Source: Eledone cirrhosa
Lineage: Eukaryota
Reading direction: 5' to 3'
DNA: 64,000 nucleotides
Assembly (NCBI GenBank): GCA_964016885.1
Contig: OZ024742.1
Span: 83,266,001-83,330,000 of the forward strand
Below are positions 28,416-40,000 of this stretch, one piece after another. The first letter of the stretch is position 1, and each line of letters begins with the position of its first letter. The notes under the pieces are model-generated. The model did not search any database. It saw nothing but the letters and a program-made list of their open reading frames with translations, and was not told the origin of the DNA. The position numbers were made by a program, and so were the translations under genes.

Positions 28416-30770
28416 TTAGGGAGAAGTGTTTAGACGGGGTCCGTATTTGTTAATGAAGTAAGATTCCTTGCTGATGCGCTGGGTGTGGGTGGCATTATCT
28501 TTAAATTTGTAGAGGGGAAAGATTCTGAAGTTGGGATGATTTTGGGCGGCGGAGGTATCAATGTGTTCACTCAGTGGTATTTTCCTGTATTCCCGTATTT
28601 TAATTTGGGATCTATGGACAGTCATGCGTTGGCGGAGGCTGTATTTGGTCTGGCCTATGTATTGTTCTCGACAACCTGAACAAGTTAATACATATATTAA
28701 ATTTTCCGATGCACATGTGAAATTGTGTTTTACTATAAAACGTTGTCCATCTTTGAAATAGAATTCCGAACCCTCTATTAGGTTGATGCAAATGCCACAG
28801 TTGGGTCTATCGCATTTTTTTACTGTGGGTTTCGTTGTTGTGGTTGGCAGTACTTTGGCATGTGTTAAGATGTTTTTCATTGACTTGGATTGTCTTTTGC
28901 TCTTTATGATATCGTGTGTTCGTAGAATTTGGTTCATTCTATGGTCCTTTTTCAATACAGGGATGTTCTGGAGGATGGTGTCAAAGGCCTCGTTGTTGAG
29001 GGGGTTGTGTGTGGAGATGTATGGAAGAGCTTTTAGTTTTGGTTGATTTACTTTAGGGTGTCTAAGGTCCTGGGTACTGAGTTTTAGGGCACGTTGGATT
29101 CCATTGTCAATTAGTGATGCAGGGTAGTCCCTGCCTATGAGTGTGTCCTTTAGTTCTTGTAGCCGTAAGTAGCAGATGTTTTTATTGGAGACTATAGTAC
29201 AGATTCTCTTGGCTAAGTTGTAGGGAATATTAATTTTAACGTGTCTAGGGTGGCAAGAGTTGAAGGGGAGGTATTGCTTGGAGTCTGTGGGCTTGTAGTA
29301 TATGTCTGTTTCTATTTTTTTGTTATGGATCTTAATGAGGATGTCGAGGAAGGGGAGTTGTTGATGGCTGTATTCCATCGTGAAGTTAATATTTGTGTTG
29401 AGCCCATTTATAAGGGTGTGAAATTCTTTAAGTTTTTCGATGTTTTCGTGCCAAAGGATGAAGCAGTCATCAAGATATCGCTTCCAGTTCCTTTCAATGT
29501 GTAAGTGGAGGGTGTTTCCAAATTTGTTTAGGACTTTAGTGTAGAGGGTGATTTCCAGGTATCCCATGACTAGGTTGGCATACGTAGGGGCTGTTTTCGT
29601 TCCCATAGCGGTCCCAGATTTCTGCCTGTAGGGTTTGTTATTGAAAACGAAGTAATTGTTCTCCAAGATAAATTTGAGTCCCTCTATCACGAATTCTTTT
29701 TTGATGCGTTGTGGGAGTTCATTGTGGAAGTTATCCAGCCAGAATTGGATAGCTTCTATTCCTAGGTTGTGGGGGATGTTGGAGTATAGGTTGACTACAT
29801 CGAACGTCACTAGTAGGGTTTGTTCAGAAAGTGGCATATTAGGGAGGTGATTGAGCATATCTAGGTCGTCCCTTATATAGCTTTTGATGTGCTTGAGGAA
29901 GGGTTTGAGAAGGGTATCAATGAAGTTGCTAAGACGGTGCGTTTCGCAAGCGGGGCCTGCTATTATAGGTCTTAATTTGAGATCATTGGGTGAGGGGACA
30001 TTGATGACTATGTCTGTGGCTTCCTTGCATGCCTTACTGATTGATTCGCTTTTATGTACTTTAGGGATACCGTAGAAAAGGCTGGATTTACTTGTGAAGT
30101 CTGTGATGAAGCTGAATTCCTTGTTAGTGAGTCCTTCTTTGTATTGGTTGATTAGAGTTTTTAGGTTTCTCATAATTTTCTGTTGATTGTAGTGTTCAGC
30201 CTTTTCGTAGTATGTTTCGTTTTCCAAAGTGGAGAGCGCTAAGTTGATATAGAATTCTGTCTCCATTAGGACTACTGTACTCCCTTTATCAGCCTCTTTA
30301 ATTGTAATGGTTCTGTCGGTTTTTAATCTATTTAATTCTTCCCATTCTTTCTTGTTGAGGTTTGGCTTGTGTTTTTGTCTGTGCAAGTGTTGGTAAGGGA
30401 AGTTTGTGATGTGTTCACAGAATTCGTCCAGGATTTTATTTCTACCTTTTGAAGGGGTGTAATTGCTTCTATTTCTGGCTAGTGATTCATCCTCATTGTA
30501 CTGGTCGAATAGTTGTTCACTAAGTCGTAACTTTCTACAGAAGTCTGTGATGTCTTCCTTCATTTCATAGTAGTTAGGACGTAGTGGGGTCGGTGTGAAT
30601 TTAAGACCTTTGGAGAGTAAGTTGATAAGGTTGGGTGTTGGTTCTGCACTAGTAAGATTGATAATTTTTATTACTATCGGTTTCTCCTCCCTGTCTTGTG
30701 TTATTTTGTTTGCCTGTATCTGTGTGCTGTGTCTAAAAAATGGTTGGGGTAGAGGGGTTGTCTGCTGATG
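28416..30770 (-). CDS. PLE ORF2: reverse transcriptase + GIY-YIG endonuclease (first ATG 30563; frame open to 30770)
   Basis: LRPII, FDVVNLYSNIP, GTAMG..APTYAN, RYLDD, LPFLDI, YYKPT, KCDRPNCGIC linker, NLIY..C..C..QYIGQT; upstream of the ATG the frame encodes IINLT..LLSKGLKFTPTP. Confidence 0.95.
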   Translation of the reverse strand, partial: HQQTTPLPQPFFRHSTQIQANKITQDREEKPIVIKIINLTSAEPTPNLINLLSKGLKFTPTPLRPNYYEMKEDITDFCRKLRLSEQLFDQYNEDESLARNRSNYTPSKGRNKILDEFCEHITNFPYQHLHRQKHKPNLNKKEWEELNRLKTDRTITIKEADKGSTVVLMETEFYINLALSTLENETYYEKAEHYNQQKIMRNLKTLINQYKEGLTNKEFSFITDFTSKSSLFYGIPKVHKSESISKACKEATDIVINVPSPNDLKLRPIIAGPACETHRLSNFIDTLLKPFLKHIKSYIRDDLDMLNHLPNMPLSEQTLLVTFDVVNLYSNIPHNLGIEAIQFWLDNFHNELPQRIKKEFVIEGLKFILENNYFVFNNKPYRQKSGTAMGTKTAPTYANLVMGYLEITLYTKVLNKFGNTLHLHIERNWKRYLDDCFILWHENIEKLKEFHTLINGLNTNINFTMEYSHQQLPFLDILIKIHNKKIETDIYYKPTDSKQYLPFNSCHPRHVKINIPYNLAKRICTIVSNKNICYLRLQELKDTLIGRDYPASLIDNGIQRALKLSTQDLRHPKVNQPKLKALPYISTHNPLNNEAFDTILQNIPVLKKDHRMNQILRTHDIIKSKRQSKSMKNILTHAKVLPTTTTKPTVKKCDRPNCGICINLIEGSEFYFKDGQRFIVKHNFTCASENLIYVLTCSGCREQYIGQTKYSLRQRMTVHRSQIKIREYRKIPLSEHIDTSAAQNHPNFRIFPLYKFKDNATHTQRISKESYFINKYGPRLNTSP

Positions 30771-32011
30771 TTAAGTGGTCTCCTGTGTTTGTTATATTCC
30801 TTGTTGTTGTAAAATGTGGTTCGGGTTGGTGGTTGTAGATTGAATGGGGTGTTCCTGTACTGCGAGTATGGGTGTGTGTTTCTATGTGCCATGTTGTATT
30901 GTGGTGTTATAAGTGGCCTACGTTGTTGGTTGTATCGTGTGGTGTGGGTTTGTTGTGTATTGTGGAAGTGAGAGTTGAGAAAATGGTAATTACCTTGTTG
31001 TCCCCTTGAGGCGGGGAAGTTGTTGCATCTATCATGGCGGTGGTATCTTTTCCCTATGTTTGACGATGAGGAATCCGCGTAGTAGTTGAGTGATTTGGTA
31101 TGGTGTCTCCTTGAAGGGGGAAAGTTGTAAATGTCATTCTGGGGGAGATGATTTCTTGGGTTTTTGTTCCTTCTTATGGTAGCGAGGTTGGGAAGTTCAT
31201 CTTCGGTGTGGTGCTTCCTTCTTCGTTTGTTTGAGGCTTGGGGGTTTGAGAAGTTGTTGTGCGGTTCAGTTATGGGTTTTCCTATTTTTATGAACGGGTT
31301 ATTGGAGGTGTAATCCGTTTGAAAAGTCGATTCATAGTGTAGGAACCAAGCGGCACTTTTTTCCCAGCGTTGAAGGGATTTCAGTTCTTCTCTGTTGCAG
31401 TCCCCTTTCCATAATTTGGAGATCTTCTCTACCTTGGGGCCTTCAGTTTTGTTGTTGATTTCCAGGAGGATCTCTTCATCGATGGTTTTGATTTTTTCCT
31501 CATTTGTCTGGGCACTCAGTTTAAGAAGTTCAATTTCTGTCTTCATTTTTTCCAATGCCATTCTTTCCCTAAGGTGTCTTTGAGGTTCGGGTTCATTTGG
31601 AATGGACTTTATTTGTAGTTTACGGGGGAGAGTTAGAGGGGTTGAGTTAAGCCATTTTTCATATATCTCTGCTTTGTTGTGATTTTGTATCATCTTCCAG
31701 AATGAGAACTTTCTGTCTCTGAGGGATTTGTTCCATTTTGGAATTGTTCGAATTTTCATTTTGTGTGAATCAATCTCACATGGTTCTTCGTTGGTTTTTC
31801 CTGGGTTGGTAGTAGTGAACATAGTTTGGATAGTATCGCAAAGGTTTTGGAGTTTGTCGCCGATTTCGGAGGGTTTGTATCCGGTGGCGGTTTCCTTATT
31901 TGTGGAGTCAAGTTTGTCGACCAGCAAAGATAGGTTGGTGTTGATTTTCTTGAGTTCCTGTAGGATCTCTTCATTTGAGTTGATGAGGGTTGTATCCGTT
32001 TTTGTTGGCAT
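30701..32011 (-). CDS. PLE ORF1, ~436 aa coiled-coil/basic low-complexity protein of unknown function
   Basis: Long non-repetitive ORF inside the element; first ATG 32011 (MPTKTD); heptad-like helical segments, KRRRKH basic patch, N/R/H/P/Y-rich tail. Confidence 0.85.
   Translation of the reverse strand: MPTKTDTTLINSNEEILQELKKINTNLSLLVDKLDSTNKETATGYKPSEIGDKLQNLCDTIQTMFTTTNPGKTNEEPCEIDSHKMKIRTIPKWNKSLRDRKFSFWKMIQNHNKAEIYEKWLNSTPLTLPRKLQIKSIPNEPEPQRHLRERMALEKMKTEIELLKLSAQTNEEKIKTIDEEILLEINNKTEGPKVEKISKLWKGDCNREELKSLQRWEKSAAWFLHYESTFQTDYTSNNPFIKIGKPITEPHNNFSNPQASNKRRRKHHTEDELPNLATIRRNKNPRNHLPQNDIYNFPPSRRHHTKSLNYYADSSSSNIGKRYHRHDRCNNFPASRGQQGNYHFLNSHFHNTQQTHTTRYNQQRRPLITPQYNMAHRNTHPYSQYRNTPFNLQPPTRTTFYNNKEYNKHRRPLNISRQPLYPNHFLDTAHRYRQTK
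30734..30740 (-). promoter_or_regulatory. Putative -1 ribosomal frameshift slippery heptamer U_UUU_UUA (alternatively a TTTTTTAG splice acceptor)
   Basis: ORF1 codons CAT TTT TTA; -1 slip gives TTT TTT AGA CAC, i.e. the ORF2 frame. Confidence 0.65.
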
Positions 32012-32077
32012 TTTCTGTATCTCGTGTGAGGATATGATAGTTAAAAGAATAGAGGTGTAACACACAAGTTATTATAT

Positions 32078-32558
32078 ATTGGTAAACGGAATAGAAAATG
32101 CTGACAAATTGTTCACAGTTGAAAAATGGTTTAATTAGGAATAAAAGAGTATTAGTGATTGTATGGGTTAGTATTCAGTTGTGGTTTTAAGTTTTTAAGT
32201 TTTTACCGGTTGCGCATTTCTAAATGCTTTTCAAAAATAATTTTGAGATAGAGTGTCCCTGCTGTTTGCTCTGATCTGATTAGTTTTGGGAATTCTACCT
32301 GTTTTTATGTTAAAAAAATGGCTCCAGCGTTATTTTTGTGTTGCAAAAATGCTTGTGGTCAAAACAATTTTGATTGGTCGGTAGAGGTCATGTGAATGTA
32401 AAAAGTTGATTTTGCGCCAAGACTGTTTTTATGTTAAAATGTTAGAAAAATGGCTCCAGCAAAAATTATGGTCAAAACAATTTTGATTGGTCGGTAGAGG
32501 TCATGTGGATAAAAAATTGGTTTTGCGCCAAGATTGAGAAATGACTCTTTCACAACAA

Positions 32559-32656
<98 letters not shown>

Positions 32657-32751
32657 TAGTAGTAGTAAGGTGTTCGATGCTGCGACAATAGCCACCAGCG
32701 ATGTGTGTCAAATGGCTATTAAGATAAGTGTGTGTGTGTGTGTGTGTGTGC

Positions 32752-32757
<6 letters not shown>
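32078..32757 (-). repeat. 5' pseudo-LTR of the PLE
   Basis: Copy of the element 3' end placed upstream of ORF1; contains a 132-bp internal duplication with CCAAT motifs. Confidence 0.92.
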
Positions 32758-32806
<49 letters not shown>

Positions 32807-32810
<4 letters not shown>

Positions 32811-33363
32811 CTGTTCCAACAGTATATGTCCTATTAAAACACATTATATCTTAGTAGCTATTGAGGGTATCAAAACACAATTTACATTTCCCGAAAGCTA
32901 ATATTTTCAAGTTTCTGTACAAAACAGTTGAACGCAAAAGTGCAAGAAATTAATTTATTATTAAACTTTTGGGGATCTGTTTATTGCACGCGCTGCGGGT
33001 TACACGACAATCATCCAAACGAATCCATTTCTTCCCCAAAGCGACCTAGCATAGCGTTGTCGATGGTTGCCAAGGCTTCGGTTATTCGAGTCTTCAGGTC
33101 ATCCACATCTCTGGGAAGGCGGCTAGGTACAGCAGGCCTTTTACATACCCCCAGAGGAAGAAGTCACTTTAGCGTGAGGTTTTGATACTTAGGGAACCAT
33201 CGCAAGAGCAAGCAACCAGTGCTTCCGGAACGTCCGATCTATCTGTCAGAAGAAAACGTGACGATTTTAGCTTTTAAATGTTATCAGTTTCCTCTTGATA
33301 CCATTTGTAGTTCATAATATATGCGTTCTTAGAATGTGACATATACTTTTGGAACAAAATGTA
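32807..33363 (-). mobile_element. Internally deleted Tc1/mariner-family DNA transposon with imperfect TIRs
   Basis: tgttccaacagtatatgtc ... gacatatacttttggaaca; minus strand WFPKYQNLT...DDLKTRITEALATIDNAML resembles the WPPRSPDLTP..ELK.RI transposase C-terminus; TA flanks. Confidence 0.65.
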
Positions 33364-33386
33364 TATATATATATTTATGCAGCGAC

Positions 33387-33498
<112 letters not shown>

Positions 33499-33650
33499 AC
33501 GGTGTTCTCCCTGCAACTCGATATTTGGCACCTGCCACCACCTTTAAAATTCATAGTTAAAGGCGTTCAATTGTTTATTCGTAAACATATCTTATATTAT
33601 TCGTTATACAAACTGTACTCACTCGCACACACTAACATATATTATGTATA

Positions 33651-33698
<48 letters not shown>

Positions 33699-33729
33699 GA
33701 ATTGGTGCTCTGAAATACCGATATATATA

Positions 33730-34105
33730 TATATATATGAATGTATATATACAGTGTATTTTTCAATACACTGTATGCTTAATTAAAATCATTTTGAAGA
33801 CCTTACGCTATTGTTTTAAAGTAGTGACTATGTCACTTACTTCTTTTTTCAACAAACAAAGGGAGATAAGCTGACAGATCTCTGTTTCATACTGTTGCTA
33901 TTCCTCTAAGGCAGTGCTTAGCTCTGAGGAATACCAACAGTATGAAACAGAGATCTGTCAGCTTATCTCCCTTTGTTTGTTGAAAAAAGAAGTAAGTGAC
34001 ATAGTCACTACTTTAAAACAATAGCGTAAGGTCTTCAAAATGATTTTAATTAAGCATACAGTGTATTGCAAAATACACTATATATACATTCATATATATA
34101 TATAT
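33730..34105. repeat. ~375-bp palindrome (19-nt spacer) with hammerhead at its centre
   Basis: 33730-33906 is the reverse complement of 33926-34105; (TA)n flanks. Confidence 0.9.
33920..33963 (+). ncRNA. Type I hammerhead ribozyme (canonical GUC)
   Basis: agct-CTGAGGA-atac caaca gtat-GAAA-cag agat ctg-TC-agct. Confidence 0.85.
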
Positions 34106-34406
34106 AACGCAAAAGATTATTCACAGTATGATTAACCTTGGTTGAGTTTTCCACTCAAAAACGAAATCAAAAAGAACCAAATAAGATATTAACTTGATTG
34201 GTGAAATAACGAGTATTAAGGGAGATTGAACTGCGCGAGTCGGGATTGGCTTTAAATATCAGTAGTGCGTCTGACTATATATAAATTGATCGAAATAAGT
34301 ACTTTGATGAGGAAAGAAGAAAAAGAACAACAAGAAATAAAGAAATACGCACATCAACAAAATAACCCAGCTTAGAATATATATACATAAAACGTTATAC
34401 ATAATA

Positions 34407-34462
<56 letters not shown>

Positions 34463-34887
34463 TATTGGGAAACGATCGATTGAGCGATGGTAAGTAATTA
34501 AATTACTTTATTCCGAAGAGTTAAGGACGTAAATGGTTTTCTGCAATGATCTTAAACGTTGTTAAATCGTTAAAACAAAAAAAAACAAAAATACTAAAAT
34601 TAAAATCTACAAACTAACATAAACACAACGTTTGAAGTTAAACAACAAAAATACAAAGGAAAATAAAGAAAATATAAAGAACATAAACAAGAGAGAAATA
34701 ATTAAAAACAATTCAAAAGTAAATTCGAAAATATAATTCAAGATGTAAAATAAATAGGTAAACGGATAACTAAAATAAAAAGTAAAGCATTGAAAATATA
34801 AACAAATACATGCAATAGACGATCTAAATATAAAATAACGTTTTGCCAAACACAAAATTGATTTAATTCGCTACACATATGTATGTG

Positions 34888-34936
<49 letters not shown>

Positions 34937-34937
34937 T

Positions 34938-35090
<153 letters not shown>

Positions 35091-35097
35091 ATATTTA

Positions 35098-35128
<31 letters not shown>

Positions 35129-35191
35129 GGAGGAGGTATATGTGTGTTTGTATGTGTGCTTATGTATATATATATAGAGAGAGAGAGAGTG

Positions 35192-35233
<42 letters not shown>

Positions 35234-37033
35234 GCGTGCGTGCGTGCGTGTAATTTTATGTGTTTGTATAGATTTATGTACGCACCCGTATATATATATA
35301 TAAAGAGATGGAAAAGCAGTGTTAAAGAGAATGAGAGAAATAGGGTGGAGTAAGAATAAACATACCTAAAAAAACATATAAGCAAATGCAACATACACAT
35401 TAACATGTATGTTTTTATTTGTATACAAAAACACAAACGACATTACCATAGCAAAGGACTCAATACAGTGAGGCATTTGGTTATATGATATGGCAATACA
35501 TGTATAGCTATATATTCGCATCGATATACATTCACTCTCTCTCTATATATATATATATATACACACACACACATACATGCATACGCAAACTTTTTTTAAT
35601 TTTGGCAATCTCTTTAAATAAAAGTCTCCCTGACATGAAAACGTTTTTTTTTATTTTTTATCTATGGGTTTTTGTTTCCTTTTATTTTATTTTGTTGTTT
35701 CGCTTCAATAAGAAGACAACCAATCGATAAACACTGCAAAATTGATTACACATAGAAAACGGTCTTTAAACCATTTTATGATCATTACTTTTGTGAATAA
35801 GTAAAATAACTCTAATAACAACAGCAACAGCGTGATCAACTGCAGCAACATCACAAACCTATCCATAATAGCAGTAACAATGACATCAAAACCAACAGAG
35901 GCATCAGCATACAGTGACAGCAGGGGCAAGAAGTTCAATAATAACAATAAAAGAAAAACAGTACTTGCTACAAATCTTGCAATGAACAGCATTCAACGCG
36001 AAAAATTTCGAAAACTTATATTTTAATGAAAACAACAAAGAAACAAGGTACGCCTTCGTGCTTCGCTACATTACGTGGTCTGAGGCCTTGAAAAACTACA
36101 ACAGAGAGTTAGTGTTCCTTGAAAAAGAAGGGTCCATCTTATCACAATATCGTGAACTCGTTATACGTAAATGGCTGTCGATTTAGCTGAGATGATACGT
36201 TGTATATTTGAAACGAATCTCTGCGTTTAGAGAACAAACACCACCGAGCTTTACTTTGCATTTCATCATCCAGAAGTCGGCGAATAATTATCAGCCCTGT
36301 ACTTTCCCAGCCGTCTTTCCTTCCAGTTGACACATTCTGGATATTTCACCTATCACACTCAGCGAAATCACGGTACATACAGGCAAGTGATTCAAATTAT
36401 CTAATAACCCAGTTTTTACCTTAAACTTCTTGGCTTTCCTAATATTCCTCTTTTTCTTTACTTCATCTCTCACATATCTTTTCCAACATTATTCATTTTT
36501 TTGGTTTTGTTTATTCCTGTCTACAAATACGAATTTCTATCGACGGAAACATATTTCGGTATTATAGTTCGAAATAGAACGTCTGTTCTGAAAGTGGCAA
36601 CTACCATTCTAGCGTGTAGACGATCATCCACTAGGATACACTTATTTGGTTTCTTCTTCATGCAACATCTTCGCAACAACAATGACCTACCTTGGTCACC
36701 TGAAACGTCCACAGGTTAAAAAGTTCTTTGGCCAACCAAGATAATTTCATGGTTTGACCAAATGAGGTTTATTGTCTAACCCTAAGCATGGAAAGGTACT
36801 GTGCAGTTATTAATGAGAAGGGTTGAAATTAATGCATGCCAGATTTCACAGCCCTAGCATCACTCCTTCATATTAAAGTTTCAGCCCAAACTCATACGTT
36901 ACTATAAATTAATCCATCTTTTCTCTCGTCTTGCATTCTCTGCATCTCACTGTAAATCTAGCAATGAGTTATTCTTGCAACCATTCAGTCTAGGAATTCC
37001 CAACATATCCATGTTTTTACTACATACACTAAC

Positions 37034-40000
37034 ATGGAGATGGTCGACATTGAATCACCTAAGTATTTGACGCTATTTATTTGCTTATATCAAACACCAC
37101 CAGCAGTACAATCTCCACCATTAACACCACCAGCAGTACAACCTCCACCATTAACACCCACATCAGTACAACCTCCACCACCAACACCACCAGCAGTACA
37201 ACCTCCACCATTAACACCACCATCTGTACAACCTCCACCACCAACACCACCATCTGTACAACCTCCACCACCAACACCACCAGCAGTACAACCTCCACCA
37301 TTAACACCACCAGCAGTACAACCTCCACCACCAACACCACCAGCAGTACAACCTCCACCACCAACACCACCAGCACTACAACCTCAACCAGCAACACCAC
37401 CAGCAGTACAACCTCCACCACCAACACCACCAGCAGTACAACCTCCACCACAAACACCACCAGCAGTACAACCTCCACCACCAACACCACCAGCAGTACA
37501 ACCTCCACCACCAACACCACCAGCAGTACAACCTCCACCACCAACACCACCAGCAGTACAACTTCCACCATTAACTCCACCAGCAGTACAACCTCCACCA
37601 CCAACACCACCAGCAGTACAACCTCCAACATTAACACCACCATCTGTACAACCTCCACCACCAACACCACCATCTGTACAACCTCCACCACCAACACCAC
37701 CAGCATTACAAACTCCACCACCAACACCACCAGCAGTACATCCTCCACCACCAACACCACCAGCAGTACAACCTCCAACACCAACACCAGTAGCAGTACA
37801 ACCTCCACCACCAACAACACCAGCAGTACAACCTCCACTACCAACACCACCAGCATTACAACCGCCACCACAAACACCAACAGCATTACAACCGCCACCA
37901 CAAACACCACCATCTGTACAACCTCCACCACCAACACCAACAGCTGTACAACCTCCACCACCAACACCACCATCTGTACAATCTCCACCACCAACACCAC
38001 CAGCAGTACAACCTCCACCACTAACACCACCAGCAGTACAACCTCCACCACCAACACCACCAGCAGTACAACCTCCACCATTAACACCACCAGCAGTACA
38101 ACCTCCACCACCAACACCACCATCTGTACAATCTCCACCACCAACACCACCAGCAGTACAACCTCCACCACCAACACCACCAGCAGTACAACCTCCACCA
38201 CCAACACCACCAGCAGTACAACCTCCACCACCAACACCACCAACACCACAAGCAGTACAACCTCCACCACCAACACCACCAGCAGTACAACCTCCACCAC
38301 CAACACCACCAGCAGTACGACCTCCACCACCAACACCACCAGCAGTACGACCTCCACCACCAATACCACCAGCAGTACAACCTCCACCACCAACACCACC
38401 AGCAGTACAACCTCCACCACCAACACCACCAGCAGTACGACCTCCACCACAAATACCACCAGCAGTACAACCTCCACCACTAACACCACCAGCAGTACGA
38501 CCTCCACCACTAACACCACCAGCAGTACAACCTACACCACTAATACCACCAGCAGTACAACCTCCAACATTAACACCATCATCTGTAAAACCTCCACCAC
38601 CAACACCACCAGCAGTACAACCTCCACCACAAACGCCACCAGCAGTACAACCTCTACTATTAACACCACCAGCAGTACAACCTCCACCACCAACACAACC
38701 AGCAGTACAACCTCCACCACAAACGCCACCAGCAGTACAACCTCCACCACTAACACCACCAGCAGTACAACCTCCACCACAAACGCCACCAGCAGTACAA
38801 CCTCCACCACTAACACCACCAGCAGTACAACCTTCACCACCAACACCACCAGCAGTACAACCTCCACCAACAACACCACCAGCAGTACAACCTCCACCAC
38901 TAACGCCACCAGCAGTACAACCTCCACCACAAACGCCACCAGCAGTACAACCTCCACCACCAACACCACCAGCAGTACAACCTCCACCACAAACGCCACC
39001 AGCAGTACAACCTCCACCACCAACACCACCAGCAGTACAACCTCCACCACCAACACCACCAGCAGTACAACCTCCACCACTAACGCCACCAGCAGTACAA
39101 CCTCCACCACCAACACCACCAGCAGTACAACCTCCACCACTAACGCCACCAGCAGTACAACCTCCACCACCAACACCACCAGCAGTACAACCTCCACCAC
39201 CAACACCACCAGCAGTACAACCTCCACCACCAACACCACCAGCAGTACAACCTCCACCACTAACGCCACCAGCAGTACAACCTCCACCACTAACACCACC
39301 AGCAGTACAACCTCCACCACAAACGCCACCAGCCCTACAACCTCCACCACCAACACCACCAGCAGTACAACCTCCACCACCAACACCACCAGCCCTACAA
39401 CCTCCACCACCAACACCACCAGCTGTACAACCTCCACCACAAACGCCACCAGCAGTACAACCTCTACTATTAACACCACCAGCAGTACAACCTCCACCAC
39501 AAACGCCACCAGCAGTACAACCTCCACCACTAACACCACCAGCAGTACAACCTCCACCACTAACACCACCAGCAGTACAACCTCCACCATTAACACCACC
39601 AGCAGTACAACCTCTACTATTAACACCAACATCAGTACAACCTCCACCACCAACACCACCAGCAGTACAACCTCCACCACCAACACCACCAGCCCTACAA
39701 CCTCCACCACCAACACCACCAGCTGTAGAACCTCCACCACAAACGCCACCAGCAGTACAACCTCTACTATTAACACCACCAGCAGTACAACCTCCACCAC
39801 AAACGCCACCAGCAGTACAACCTCCACCACTAACACCACCAGCAGTACAACCTCCACCACTAACACCACCAGCAGTACAACCTCCACCATTAACACCACC
39901 AGCAGTACAACCTCTACTATTAACACCACCAGCAGTACAACCTCCACCACAAACGCCACCAGCCCTACAACCTCCACCACCAACACCACCAGCAGTACAA

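Larger units (their letters stand above)
27238..32757 (-). mobile_element. Full-length Penelope-like element, Neptune-type, with pseudo-LTRs, inserted in (TA)n
   Basis: Direct repeats 27238-27907 and 32078-32757; ORF1 + RT/GIY-YIG ORF2; TA microsatellite at both ends. Confidence 0.93.

Noticed and set aside
28485-32060. Short plus-strand ORFs over the PLE
   Set aside because: Antisense shadows of the real minus-strand ORFs
36100-37075. Possible decayed non-LTR RT on the minus strand next to the minisatellite (VKYLGDSMST, GLKLN)
   Set aside because: Suggestive only; cannot be supported by eye
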